A stretch of DNA of 64,000 bases, taken from assembly GCA_023213395.1 (NCBI GenBank), contig CM041465.1, positions 250,983,741 through 251,047,740 of the forward strand, given 5' to 3'. Numbering within the stretch: position 1 is the first letter of the stretch; every line of letters begins with the position of its first letter. This document shows positions 1-12,203 of the stretch, piece after piece. The stretch comes from Cycas panzhihuaensis (Eukaryota > Plantae > Cycadophyta). Position numbers and translations under genes: made by a program. The notes beneath the pieces were generated by a model. That model was given only the letters and a program-made list of their open reading frames with translations. It made no database searches and was not told where the DNA came from.

Positions 1-744
1 ATCTAATTTATCTCTGGTTCATTGTCTTCAAAAGCACGCTTTCTGAGATCTAGAGTATTAAGAACATGACTTAATTCCAAGACATTATCCCAACCTTTGA
101 TTATGCCTTGTTTTTTATTTGTAAATAGATGCAATTATGGCTTCAACACTCTCTCCATTTCACCTCTTTGTAAATGTCTTTTTTTAAAGCACTTTCCAAT
201 ACTCTTCTCTTTATTCTTAGTGCTTACTATTTGAGGGATTAGGTGCTTGCTGCTTATTAATTATGTAATTTCTCATCTGCATATTAAGATATGTAAAGGA
301 TGATATCATGCATACATGAATAAGTGATGGGGATCTAATATCTCTACCAAATAACATCATCCTTATGTAAGCAACATATATGCCTAAATGATGAAATTCC
401 TCTAACGCCCCACCCTATTTGAATTCTAATCATCATCCCATACTTTTAGTTGAAAGTCTATTTAGTGATTCTTATTTGTGGAATAGTACTTTCTTACTAA
501 TTACCACTGGCCAAACTTTGAATGTTTAAATTATGGAATAAATTCTTGGTTATGATCCATAGGTGATTTGGCCATATTATATTCCCTTCCTTGGATGGCC
601 TTTTATGGGCTTTTCAAAGTAAAAGGTTATAAAATAGAGTTGAAAAATGTGTCAACTTTAGATTCCATTAAAAAAAAAAGGTGCTTGTTAGGTTCAAAAA
701 TTAAACTAAAACTTAAAAAAAAGAACAGTTCCTTATAAGGGTAA

Positions 745-1463
745 TAGCTGGATTGGTCAGAGATTGATCGCCGAGAAAATAGTTTATCTCAGTCTGTCGG
801 AAATGGGTTTAGGGGTTTCTATTTCCCCTCTTCTTAGGGTTCTCGACCTCTCCGATGATGCTCTTTGACGGTCATATTCCACCGCAATTAGGACGCCTCT
901 TTCGCTTAAGGCAACTGCGGTTGCGCAACAATCATCTGGAAGGTCCCATTCCGGCTGAAATAGGTCTCCTCCGGTCTTTGAAGGCTATTGAACTTGGAAC
1001 AAACAATCTGACAGGTACCATTCCCTCCTCTTTGGCCAACATCTCCACTTTGCTAAATTTGCAGTTGTATGAAAACCGTCTTCGGGGCCTTGTTCCTGCT
1101 GAAATGGGAATAATCCCTCGACAAAACCTTTTTGATCTGCGGCAAAACCAGCTGGTAGGACAATTCCCTGCTTCACTCTTCAACTGCACAGCTCTCCAAG
1201 CGTTGGACTCGAGCCACAACCTGTTCACAAGGAAGCACGTTCCATCGGAGCTAGCCGCCGAACTCACCGATTTGCAAGAGCTGAATCTGTGGGGGAATCA
1301 GCTGAGTGGTATTATCCCAACCTCCCCCGCCATTTTTTCCCAACTGCAGTTCTTTGATCTGAGCAAAAACGGCTCAGTGGGACAGTTCCCATGGTGGTGG
1401 GGAAGTTGCTCCTCTGCGTACACTTTTCTTGTGCTCTTAATGAACTCGTTAGCGGTAGCATTC
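745..1463 (+). pseudogene. LRR receptor-like kinase (LRR-XII-like), 5' fragment: LRRNT remnant plus about 8 LRRs
   Basis: ORF 855-1499 has plant LRR consensus repeats (LRQLRLRNNHLEGPIP, IELGTNNLTGTIP, LNLWGNQLSGIIP). Upstream in another frame is SWIG..IVYLSLSEMGLGVSISPLLRVLDLS, with a frameshift near 860. A second frameshift near 1370 hides LSGTVPMVVGKL...NELVSGS. No signal peptide is visible. Confidence 0.9.
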
Positions 1464-2966
1464 ATACTAGCTGCCAGAAATCCAAATTATTTTAATTGAA
1501 AAAAATCCATAACAAGCCCACTCCATAATCAGTCGAGAAAACCCTACACCTTGGTTTGGTTTATTAGGAAAACAAAGAAAAAAACCTCTGTGACCAAAAC
1601 AATGGCGGCGCTTAACTTTCTTGACCAAATTTTTTTTTTTTTTGACTCCTCGTTACAGCCATAACCACCCAAAAACAAGCTTATCAAGATCAAAGTTAGT
1701 TGAGCACCCCAAAAAAATCTTATTTAATTAAAATTAATTTAAATTTAAATATGCAAACAACAGAGATCCATGCAAAAGTAATGCATGGAAGAAGAGAAGT
1801 GGCCATGCAAAGGAAACTTTGTGTAGATTCTAAAAGAGGCATGTAAGTGAATGTAGATTTTGGTGTTGATTTTTCACGTTATGCTCTCCTTGGTTAAAAC
1901 ATTTTGAACACTGTAGTTCATAGTTATTTGCAACAATAATCTTATTGTACTTCACCAATTCTTCTGTGTTTTGACTCATACTTTGGTCCACGTGAGAATT
2001 CTAATATGAGAGAAATATCATTTTCCTTTGTAACAACCTTGTGAATGGTACAATCTTTGACATGCTCCAATACATGCTTTGGAGCCCATAATGCATTCTT
2101 TTCAAGAACCAAAATATATGAACATTTGTCACCTCATAATATATGATCTATCACTGAAATAACGTTTGGAATTCCCTTCATAAATTAAATATTAATTTCA
2201 CCTTTAATATAAGGATCATACTTCCCATAAACAAAAAAAAAATCATGCAAGTTGCAATGGACAAATTCAAACTTTTCTTAGCATCCAAGTCCTCTAATGA
2301 TGTAGTATTCTTTTCCAACAAATTATAATTTATCAATTCTTGATTGGTAATAAACTAAGGACTAAAAGTGGGATATAGTTAAAGATTATGAGAAATATTA
2401 CAAGCTTCATGCTTCTTAAATCTTGAGGGTGATCTTGAAAAATTTAGATTGTGAGATCACCTCGATTTATGTAGAAGCCCTTGCTTACCATATCATTTTC
2501 CAATTTTCTCTTATCACTCTTAGAATTTTCAACTAAGATCTAAACATGAGTGTCATCTAAATATCCTAAGTTTCCCTAAGTTTCATTTTCTCCTAGTGCC
2601 TCACCTAAAGAGCTTAGTATGAGATATGTAAAAATACTCTCTAGTGGGGTTTCTCATGTATCCATCTTATTATTTAAGTCCTAGTATGATTTATCATCAC
2701 ATAAATAGCCAAAATCCAACCTCAAAGGCACCCCTTTCTTCTCCTTCTTTATTTCCTTATATAACATCACAAATGAACCCATTGCATTATTTTCAATTGG
2801 TTCAATGTAAATACCAAGCCCCTCATTGATATTAGATCCTAGTGCCAACTCTCTTGAGTTACACACTCCATCAAAAATAGTATGACCCTTAATCTCACTA
2901 AAATTATGTTAGAAATAATTGTTAAGTCATTATTCAACTATGTCCAATTCCTTGTCGCTTACCCTT

Positions 2967-3100
2967 TGTAAATTAATTGCACTTCTTAATTCTACATGCA
3001 CTCTCATTAAATGAACTGAGTGGTGATCTCACATGTAAATTAATTGCACTTCTTAATTCTACATGCACTCTCATTAAATGAACTGAGTGGTGATCTCACA
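2967..3100 (+). repeat. Perfect 2 x 67-bp tandem duplication inside the 5' LTR of element B
   Basis: tgtaaattaattgcac...gatctcaca occurs at 2967-3033 and 3034-3100. The 3' LTR has a single copy. Confidence 0.95.
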
Positions 3101-4584
3101 TGTCAATGTGCGACATGTTTATGAACTACAATATAAATGCAAGAATTTTCTTGAGTGAATCTATTGTTTATTGTCTTGTCTCTACACACACTAACATGGT
3201 ATGAGAGCATTAATGTTTGATGTGGTCTTTGTGTTGGCAAGTCACGTTAAGATTTCATTTCATTTTTGACTTACAAGGTCTCTTTCTAAAGGTCAAAGAC
3301 ACCATTTGATTTCATTTCTTAAATTTGATTTGTGAGGTCTTTTTCAAAGGTTTTGATGAAGTCATTGAGAGCCTACAACAATGAAGACAAAAGTTTTTAA
3401 AGGTGAAATGATTTACTGCTTACAATGTTGAAGAACATCAATGTTAATTAGTTTGTATCATTTCAAATACAAATGCCAAAGGGTTTCTACCTTTTTCTTT
3501 TCTTGAAGTCAGAGGGTTTCAATATTGAAGACATTATAAGGATTTTTTATTTTTCAACGCTAAAGATGTTGAAGGTTTTTTATTTCTAAAAGCTTAAAAG
3601 TTTGTTTTTCTTCCCCCTTTATCAAATGTTGAAGATGCTAAAGCTAGTTATTTATTTGTCTTTAAATTTTCTACAAGTTTTTTTTGAATTTCAATGTCAG
3701 TGCCAATTATCCCTCTTTGAATGCCAAAAAGGGCCTATTCTAAAGATAACCATTGGATGCTAAAAATAAGAATTTGTCTTTATTTTTCTATTGAATTCAA
3801 GCCACCTAAAGATTTTGAAGCGATTTCTCTTAGTGAATTTTTCTCACTTAGGAGGTTTTTTTGAGATTGAAGCTTCTTAAAGAATCGTTTATTACTTTGA
3901 GAGTTTCTAGTGAATTATCTTTGTCATTTGGCACGGGTTGAAGATTCGCTAGTCTTCCTGCCTCCTCTTTATTATGGAGTTCTATTGATTATTTGAACCA
4001 TAGTTTCTATTGTTGAACAAAATTTTGTACTCACTAAAAGAAAGTGTGTGTGTTGTCCATTTACTTGTTGTTGAACCATATTAGGGTTTTAGTTTTATGC
4101 TACTATTGCTATAAATTTTGTTTTTCTAATTTATAAAACTTAACAACAATAGTATTTGCATAAAAGACATTTGAACTAGTGTAATGACATTTTGACTCAC
4201 AACACAGAACAAAGGACCAAAATAAACTTTTTTGTTTCACATTAAATTTCTCATAGAAATAATTTTCTTGGTTAATTTCTAAGTGAACCTTGCGACCTTT
4301 AGGTTTGTGGTTCATTTGTAACTTTCTTATAAAATTTGTGTAAACAATCTTTGCAATCTTTTTATAGTTTTTTTTTTCTTTTGTTAAGGTAAAATGAATA
4401 AAATGTGGGTTTATAAACAAGATCCCACAAGCTAGTACATCAATATAATTTTGTCATCCAGATCATAATGGACCGTGACAACCCCACAGCTTAAGTATAA
4501 TAATAATCTCAACACATAGGCTATAATTATGCCAAGACAAGCCCCATAGCTAGTTGTCACAGATCCTTTTAATCTCAACCAATT

Positions 4585-7500
4585 TCATAAGTTCCTCAGG
4601 GATGCCCTCCCTCCAAACAATAGATCTCTTATTCCTAACCCCCTATTAGCTAGGAGATCAACCACTTTATTATCGTCCCTGAAGGTGTGCCGAATCTGGA
4701 CATTCTCTAAGTCCTTTAATGCATCATGATCGTCTTTAATCATGGTTTGAAATCTCCAGTCCAGGGAAGTTGTGCCTTTCAACAAATTTATTATAATCAA
4801 GGAGTCACCCTCAATAACCACCCTGTTGAAACCCCCTTCTAGGGCTAAATCTACGGCTTTTAACATAACTGCTATCTCTGCAAAGTGGTTTGTTTGTTGA
4901 TCATAGTACTATGCAAAAGCCCATATGAGGTTCCCTTTAGCGTCTCTGTAGATACCACCACCACTAGCTTCTCCAGGGTTACCTTTCGAAGCACCATCAA
5001 AATTTATTTTTAACCAATGCTCCTCAGGGAGGACCTAGGGACAAATCCTTCTTTTCTCCTCCTCAATTTTTGGTTTTATCCCCCACTTGTGCAGTATCTT
5101 TCCTTCTGTCATAACCATATGCTTATCCTTTGTGATTTTAACATTCTCTCTAATCTCTATGAGGATAACATTGAAAATAACGTTCGAGTCCATCTGTGTA
5201 TCCTGAAAAATCCTTCTATTTCTTTCTTTTCATAGATTCCATGATAACACCGGGATAACACTTTTCCACAAGCTACCTAGAACTCTGCTCCTGAATGGGC
5301 TCTGCCAAGATGTCCATTGATCGGCGATGTTTCCAGAAAAGACCCAATGCACCTTGAAAAGGCCGAGAAAAACTCTCCAGAACTCACTTGAGTAAGAGCA
5401 TCGGAGGAAGATATGGCCCACAGATTCCTCCTCTTTACGGCAAAGAGTGCACCTATTTGTCAGCTGATATCCTCTCTTTATGAGATTATCCACTCTTAGG
5501 ATTTTGTTCCTAAGGCAGGTCCACCAAAAAACAACTGTCTTTGGGGTAAGGTCCAGCTTCCATACACCTTCTAAGGTCTCATTCCTATGATCCCCTCTCT
5601 CTGAATAGAGATAAAGATAACCTTGCTTCACTGAGTACTCCCCAGTTTAGGTTGAGGGCTAAACTACTGAGTCTACCCTATTCGCTTTAGGTATATAGCA
5701 TTTACCAATAATCATTCTAAGTTTTATGACACCTTCTTGGGGAAATGACCCCCCCTGAAGTTCCTCGAAATTCCTTCATCTTTTCCTTCTTCCCCTCCCA
5801 TTCCAATAATCCTTCACGTGAATGCCATACAATCTTTCACAAGGGGCCTGAAGGGGAGCTAAGACATGACAGTTCTTTAATCCTCTTTCACTACATCATG
5901 CATCCTCCCAAAAAATTATAGTGTTCCCGTCTCCCAAGTTCCACTTTAGGCTAGACTTCACCATGGTCCTGACTTTGAGTATGCTCCTCCAAACAACTGA
6001 GCTAGAGGGGGGGACTATATTCTCAAGGAGGGAACTACCTTGAAGATACTTTTCAGTTAAGATCTTTTACCACAGGCCCTCTCAACCTTTGACTAATCAC
6101 CAACCGAGCTTAGCCACAAGAGCGAAATTAAATAGTGATATTCTTCTAAGATTTAATCCCCTAACCCATTTCGGTGTACAAACTTTACTCCAACTCACCG
6201 GGTGGATTCTTTCCTTCTCCTCAACCCCAGACCAAAGGAATCTTTTCTAGATGGACTCTAGCATAGCAGAAACACTGGTCGACAGTCTGTAAATAGACAT
6301 TCAAAATACTGGGATACTTTGTAAAGAGGTAGCCACAAGCTAGAGCTTCCCAGCTTGGCTGAGAAGAGCCCCTTTCCATCCAGCCAACTTTCTTTGAATT
6401 TGATCAATGAGGGGATTCCACATATCCTTGGTCATCTTACCCATAAATAGGGGCATACCAAGGTAGGTAGTAGGCAACTTTTTTATTTCCATCTCCAAAA
6501 TTCCACTGATCCTTCTTTGGGTAATCCCTGGGGTATTTATAAAGTAAACACTGCTTTTACTCAAATTTACCTTCTTTATGCGATTTGAAGCTTCTCAAGC
6601 CATCTTTAATCCTGGTGGCCTCCCTGATGGAAACTTTCCCCAAAAATATGTTGTCGTCAACAAATTAATGGTGCACAATATTATCTACCCCAGATGTGGG
6701 ATGCAAACCTTTAATAAGCCCTTGTCTTTTAGTAGCCTCCATGGCCCTACCCAACATTTCTTCCAAGGATATAAAGAGGTAAGGAGATAAGGGATCCCCT
6801 TGTCTCAACCCTCTATATCCCAGAAAAAATCTGGACGATGTGCCATTAATGATGATAGAATATTAGGGATTGGAGATGTAAAGCTTTATCCAAGCTCTCC
6901 ACTTCGCACCAAACCCAAATGTACCCAAGAACTCCAATAGACAATCCCATGAGACTATATTGAAGGCCTTTGATAGGTCTATTTTAATTAGCATAGCAGG
7001 CTCCTTCCTCTCCTTTGCTGAGTGAATAGTTTCATGGACCACAATAATACCATCAATGATCTATCTACCTTGCACAAATCCGTCATGATTATGTGATATT
7101 ATGCAAGGAATAATCATTTTTAGTCTATTGGCTAGCACCTTGGCTAAGATCTTATACTTTACGTTGCAGAGACTAATAGGGCGGAACTCCTCCAGTCTCT
7201 TGGCTTCCTCCTTTTTTGGAGTTAGAACCAGAAATATAGCTTGCCATTCTTGAAGGATCTTTTGGTTTGAATGAAACTCTTGCATGGACTCCATGAGGTC
7301 TTCCTTAATTATATCCCAGAATTCTTGGAAGAAGCCAGGGGAGAAACCATCCAGACTAGGAGCTTTGTCCCTCTTCATACCAAACACAACCATCTTAACC
7401 TCATCCTAGGTGAAGGGTGCTGTCAGCGAAGAATTTTGAGACTCATTGAACAATCTGGGTATGGACCTTAGGAAGTTCATTTTGGAATCCTTATCCCCAC

Positions 7501-8740
7501 CCTACGGTTCAGTGAATAATTCCTTGAAGTGATCACTAGCAAGGTCCTTTAAGTCTTCCATGCAGTTCACTACCGAACCATTATCCCTTTGTAGGTTGTT
7601 GATCTTGTTGCTATCTCTATGCTTTACTGCAGTCATATGGAAGAATTTGGTATTCCTATCTCCTTTTGCAAGCCAAATGGCCCTAGACTTTTGCCTCCAG
7701 TGAATTTCTTCTTTATTTAGCAGCTCCTCTAGGTTTTCAACCAATTCTCTTTCTGTTTTATCCAAAGCTGGGGTCCTGCCCTCACCCTGAATCCTACTCT
7801 CTATTTCATTTAGGTCCTTAATAGTTTGATCCTAAAGAGTATGGATGTTTTGGAATACTTCCTTGTTCCAACCTTTCACTTGTCTTTTTACCCAATCTAG
7901 CTCTTTTGAGAATCTGTACATGGCATGCCCCTGAATTGGGACATTCCACCATTCCTCCACCTTCTTCCTAAAGTCTGGGTGTTTGATCCACATCATTTCG
8001 AATCTAAAAGGTGACCCTTTATGCTTCTCCAAATATGAGAATAGGAGTTGGAGAGGAGAGTGATCAGATCTGATTTTTGGAAGTGCCTCTAGAGTAAAGT
8101 TATTGAACCTCTTAGCCCACTCATAATTGACCATAACTCTGTCCAATTTAATCTGGATAAGTTGGTTGCCCAGCCTTTTGTTTGACGAGGTAAAATATGC
8201 ACCTCTCAACTTCACATCCACTAGTCCCCCCTTCTGCATGAAGCAGCCAAGCTCGTGCATACTGTTCGTCCAACCATCTTGGCCCCCCTTCTTATCGCTC
8301 GGGCAGAGTGTCGTATTAAAATCTCCAGCCACTAGCCAAGGTACTCCACATTCACCATGGACTTCCAGGATTCTATCCCATAACCTCTTTCTATCCTCAT
8401 GGTGGTTTGGGGCATATACATTTGTAGCCAACCATTTTATGTTGTTTCTCCTACTAGTAAACCACATGGATATAAATGAGTCCTCCTCCTTGAAAGTTTC
8501 CCCAATCCATTCATCTGGGTTCCACATCACCATTAAACCTTCAGTCCTTTGATTATTGCCTTCTCCTTTGCCTTCCACTTTTTTTCAGATTTTATTCCTA
8601 GCACTTAGGCTATTTTCCAGATTTAGCTTTGTTTCTTGTAGAAAGATTAGATCTGGGGATTCTCTCATTCTCATATCTCTTAAAATCCTTTGTTTAGAGG
8701 GGGCATTCAGTCCCCTAACATTCCATGAAATGAGTTTCAT
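4585..8740 (-). pseudogene. LINE ORF2: APE endonuclease, reverse transcriptase, zf-RVT, RNase H
   Basis: Starts MKLISWNVRGLNAP at 8740. Motifs: WLVAGDFN and SDHSP; GDRNTKFFH; FRPISLCNVKYKILAK; FVDD near 6650; CTLC..ESVGHIFLRC; IEGDS..RHTFRDDNKVVDLLA. Several stops and frameshifts. Confidence 0.95.
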
Positions 8741-8757
8741 CCCTTCTTTCTTTGCTT

Positions 8758-10008
8758 CTAGATCTCTGCTGCCTCTCCTTTGGTCGGGTCTCGTCCTTTA
8801 GCTCTGGATCTGAGTGTGGGCCCTTCCAAGAAGCCATCATTGAGGGTTTTCTGATTACCCTGGTCCACTTGGGCTGTCGCTTCCCTCTCCCTCACTATTT
8901 TCAGGGGGGGTCTACCCACCTGCTTCTTAGAACCAATATCTAGAATCTTCTTCTGAGCCTCTTCGGGCTGGTCCACTCGTGGCGGGATCACCCCACCCTT
9001 ACCTTCCAGGACAGTTTTCCCTATATTACCATCTCTTTCAAACATCTCCAATGATCCTAGAGCCTGAACTTCCTATTCGCCCACCTCAGAAAGGGTGTCC
9101 TCCTCGTTGGGGTCAAACCCAAGGTCCTTTGCCCCTTGCACCTCAAGAGGGCACTCACCTTGCATCTTGAGAGGGCACTCGCCTTGCACCTTAAGAGGGC
9201 ACTCGCCTTGCATCAACTCTTGAGGATCCATTGCTTTATGGGGATTACCTTTCAACTCTATGTTTTCTTCCTGTTTTCCCTCCTCTATTTTCTTTTCTCT
9301 TGGGCATTTCTGTCGTAAGTGACCCAGTCTTCTACAGACCAAGCATCTAAAGTTATCCATCTTGTATATCAATGATTAGACCCAACTCCGGTCCTCCATG
9401 TCAATCCATACTTCATCTGGAAGGGGCTTGTCGATCCTAGCCAGGGCACAATACCTGACATTGATGAGCCTACTTCTATTTTTGGTCGCAGAGTCAACCA
9501 CTAGAAGGGGGCCCACGACTTTTGCCATCCTCGTCAAGACCTCTATGTTCCAATGTTGCAGTGGGAGGCCAAGCAACTGGATCCAAATAAGAGCTTGCTT
9601 GACCATGGGAACTGAAGGATCAAAGTCGTTGTGCCACTTTTCTAAAATTAATGCCTTCCTCACTAATATCCAAGGAGCCTTCAAGAGGATATTGGTAATG
9701 TCTTCCTGAGTTGCAAATTTAAAAAGTACAAAACCCTTCGGCATTGCTATTACTTCCATGTTTCCCTCCGTCCTCCATTTATTCCTGGTCCAACTTGTTC
9801 TAACTTTTAATCCTGGTCTAGGTCTAGAGAATCTGCCAACCAGGCAGTTCTCCAAGTGTTTCTCCATTCTCTCCACTAATTTCTTAGGAATTTTTAGTCT
9901 TACTTTGTTGTCTTAGTCTTCCTCTTCACCAGATCTTAAGACATCGGAATAGGATCTCCCCTGAGAGGGATTATGAAACTGGTTTTGAAATACATGGTCC
10001 TTCTCCAT
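8758..10008 (-). pseudogene. LINE ORF1 (DUF4283-type domain plus CCHC zinc knuckle)
   Basis: CLVGRF..W..KGFVLFKF..APW..LILEKW..WIQLLGLPL and CLVCRRLGHLRQKC. ATG at 10008 follows a pyrimidine tract. Confidence 0.9.
9134..9213 (-). repeat. 21-bp tandem repeat encoding (QGECPL[K/E][V/M]) x ~3.5 in LINE ORF1
   Basis: gagggcactc.ccttgca recurs with 21-bp periodicity. Confidence 0.9.
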
Positions 10009-12203
10009 GTTAAAAAGAAGAAAAAATAAAAAGAGATCTAGCTACTTGCAAGGCTATGGGTGTCTTACTAGTGCACATCTCTTGAAAGGACCTGGGTCCT
10101 CTTCTCCATGTTAGCCTCCATCTTTGTCTTGCTTTCTTTGTCTGATATAAGAGAATCTAGGTTCTCCACCTCTAATCACTACTAAGTTATGGATTACAGA
10201 CCCCTCCTTTCTAGTCTTCACAGACCCCCTACAGGCACCTCTAACCTCCCGACCTAAGTCTGAGTACTCCTTAGTGCAAGCACCCACCTTTTTGGGAGAA
10301 GCAAAATGTCTTCCTTCTAAGACCCATCTCAGAGCCTCCACTGTCCTCCTGTGCCCATCACATCTAGAGGTGAATCCTCCCCAATTCGATTTCACCCTGG
10401 CAGTCGCCCATTGAAACCCCCTAGAGAGTCTTGGAGCCTCCTCAATCCTGTTGGCTGCAACTTACCCCACGGCAAGTCTAATAGCTCTGCATTCCACCAT
10501 TCTTCCGACCTTGCCAATAGTCTGTCTTCTTTCAGAGGCCATCCTCCTGTCCTCCCGAACTTTGCAAAGGGAATTGCCTGCTCCCTATTCTGAAGATAAG
10601 CGCCTCTATTCAACTCTTTTTATAGTTCATTAAACATGTCGAGTGTGAATATTGTCAGATATATCTTATCCAATTCACACAAGTTGAATGAAAAAAAATA
10701 TAGAATCTAAAAATTTCAAATTTCTAATATCTTACACTTGAAAAAAATGCTGAAAATAACTACTAGAGAAGAAAAGAAACCTCGCACAACCTACGATAAC
10801 AATATAGGTCATGATGTAGGAGAAAAAATAAAACTATTAGAGAAGTCAAAAGAACCCTATATACTTTTAGAATAACTAGTTGATTGGGAAGACCATGATC
10901 AAGAAGCCTTGGTAATTATTGGATTGTTTATTATTGATGAACTCATCATCTTTATTGAAGGCAAAAAGTCTTTGCATAAGGTATGGTAAACCCTAATGGA
11001 CCTATATGAGACAAAGAATGAGACTCAAGTTTTGTACCTAAGAATTTTGCTTTATTCTTACAAAATGATTATTAATCACTCTATTTTGATGCATTTATAA
11101 AAACAAAAAGAGATCAAAGATTGGTTGGTGGCTATTGATGAAGGATATTAAGCATTACATTGAATAATCTACATGAAGGTTATTGCATATTTGTAACTAG
11201 TTTCTTCTTAATAGAAAGAATCAAGCCTCTCACTTTGGAAGAGCTTGCAAGGCTTCTCTAAAATGAAGAACAATACATTGGTAGGTATATTGATTATAGA
11301 AGCAACAACATAGCACTGACATCTAAGTTCAAGAAGAAAATGAATATGGGTTCTTCCAAAGGGAATGTTTAATCGTCTTCTCAAAGTCCAATCTTGAGTA
11401 AACCAAAAACCAAGTCTAAAAAGGATCTTAAATGTAATTATTATAATAAACAAGGTCATCTAGAAAAGATGTACTAGAAAAAGAAGGCTACTGTTAAGAA
11501 GGTTTACAAGACTCATGTTTTGTCTATTAGTAAAGATAAAACCCTTATATTATATGTTGCATTTGAAGAAGAAGTCACCCAATATGTTGATTGTAGTGCT
11601 ACTAAGCATGTCATTCATTACGAAGAGTGGTTCAACAAAATTAATAAAGGTAATTTTCAACCAATTATTTTGGGTGATAAAGGTCAACAAGTTACTATTG
11701 GGTGAGATATTGCCATCATTCATTAGTAAGATTCTATTTCTAAAATCACTAATGCACTTTATATACCTTTTGTGAAGTTTAACTTGCTTGTTGTAAGTCA
11801 TATAATAACAAATGACATGAAGGCTATATTTAACAAAAACTAAATTTGTCTTGAAAAAGATGATGATATAATTAACTAGGGTGTCTAAGAGAATAGAATA
11901 TATAAATTCTTTAGAACATATGAACTTTATCTTATTGCTGGTAGTTCTTTTGACGATTTATGGCATGACTATTTTGGTCATTTGAATTACTATAATTTTT
12001 AGTTGTTAAACAAGTTGTATATGGTACATGATTTTTCCTTTATTAAAAATGTAATAAGATTTGTGGAATCTATGGATTAGGGAAACAACAGAGAAAAAAT
12101 ATTATCAAGTTCATTTAGTAGGCAAGTGACAAATTAGAATTGGTCCATTCTAATTTATGTGGGTCAATCATGCTATGTTCACTTGGAGGAATAAGGTTCT
12201 TTA

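Larger units (their letters stand above)
4370..10614 (-). mobile_element. LINE-1 (plant L1 clade with RNase H), apparently full length, inserted in B
   Basis: Exact 13-bp TSD tctttttatagtt at 4357-4369 and 10615-10627, a T-run (poly-A tail) from 4370, and ORF1 and ORF2 remnants in the expected order. Confidence 0.95.

Noticed and set aside
1-740. Promoter or signal-peptide exon of the RLK
   Set aside because: No recognisable start, signal peptide or defensible regulatory motif, so it is left unannotated.
1630-1643. T-run in the left LTR of A as another poly(A) insertion
   Set aside because: No flanking TSD, so it is more likely homopolymer slippage.
4109-4420. 103-aa minus-strand ORF and similar short K/I/F-rich ORFs (24167-24523, 47264-47644, 50609-50893)
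   Set aside because: Low-complexity translations of AT-rich TE sequence with no recognisable domain.
8127-8943. Plus-strand ORFs over the LINE (also 932-1267, 34171-34488, 60946-61173, 62378-62707)
   Set aside because: They are antisense shadows of recognisable coding frames and show no independent motifs.
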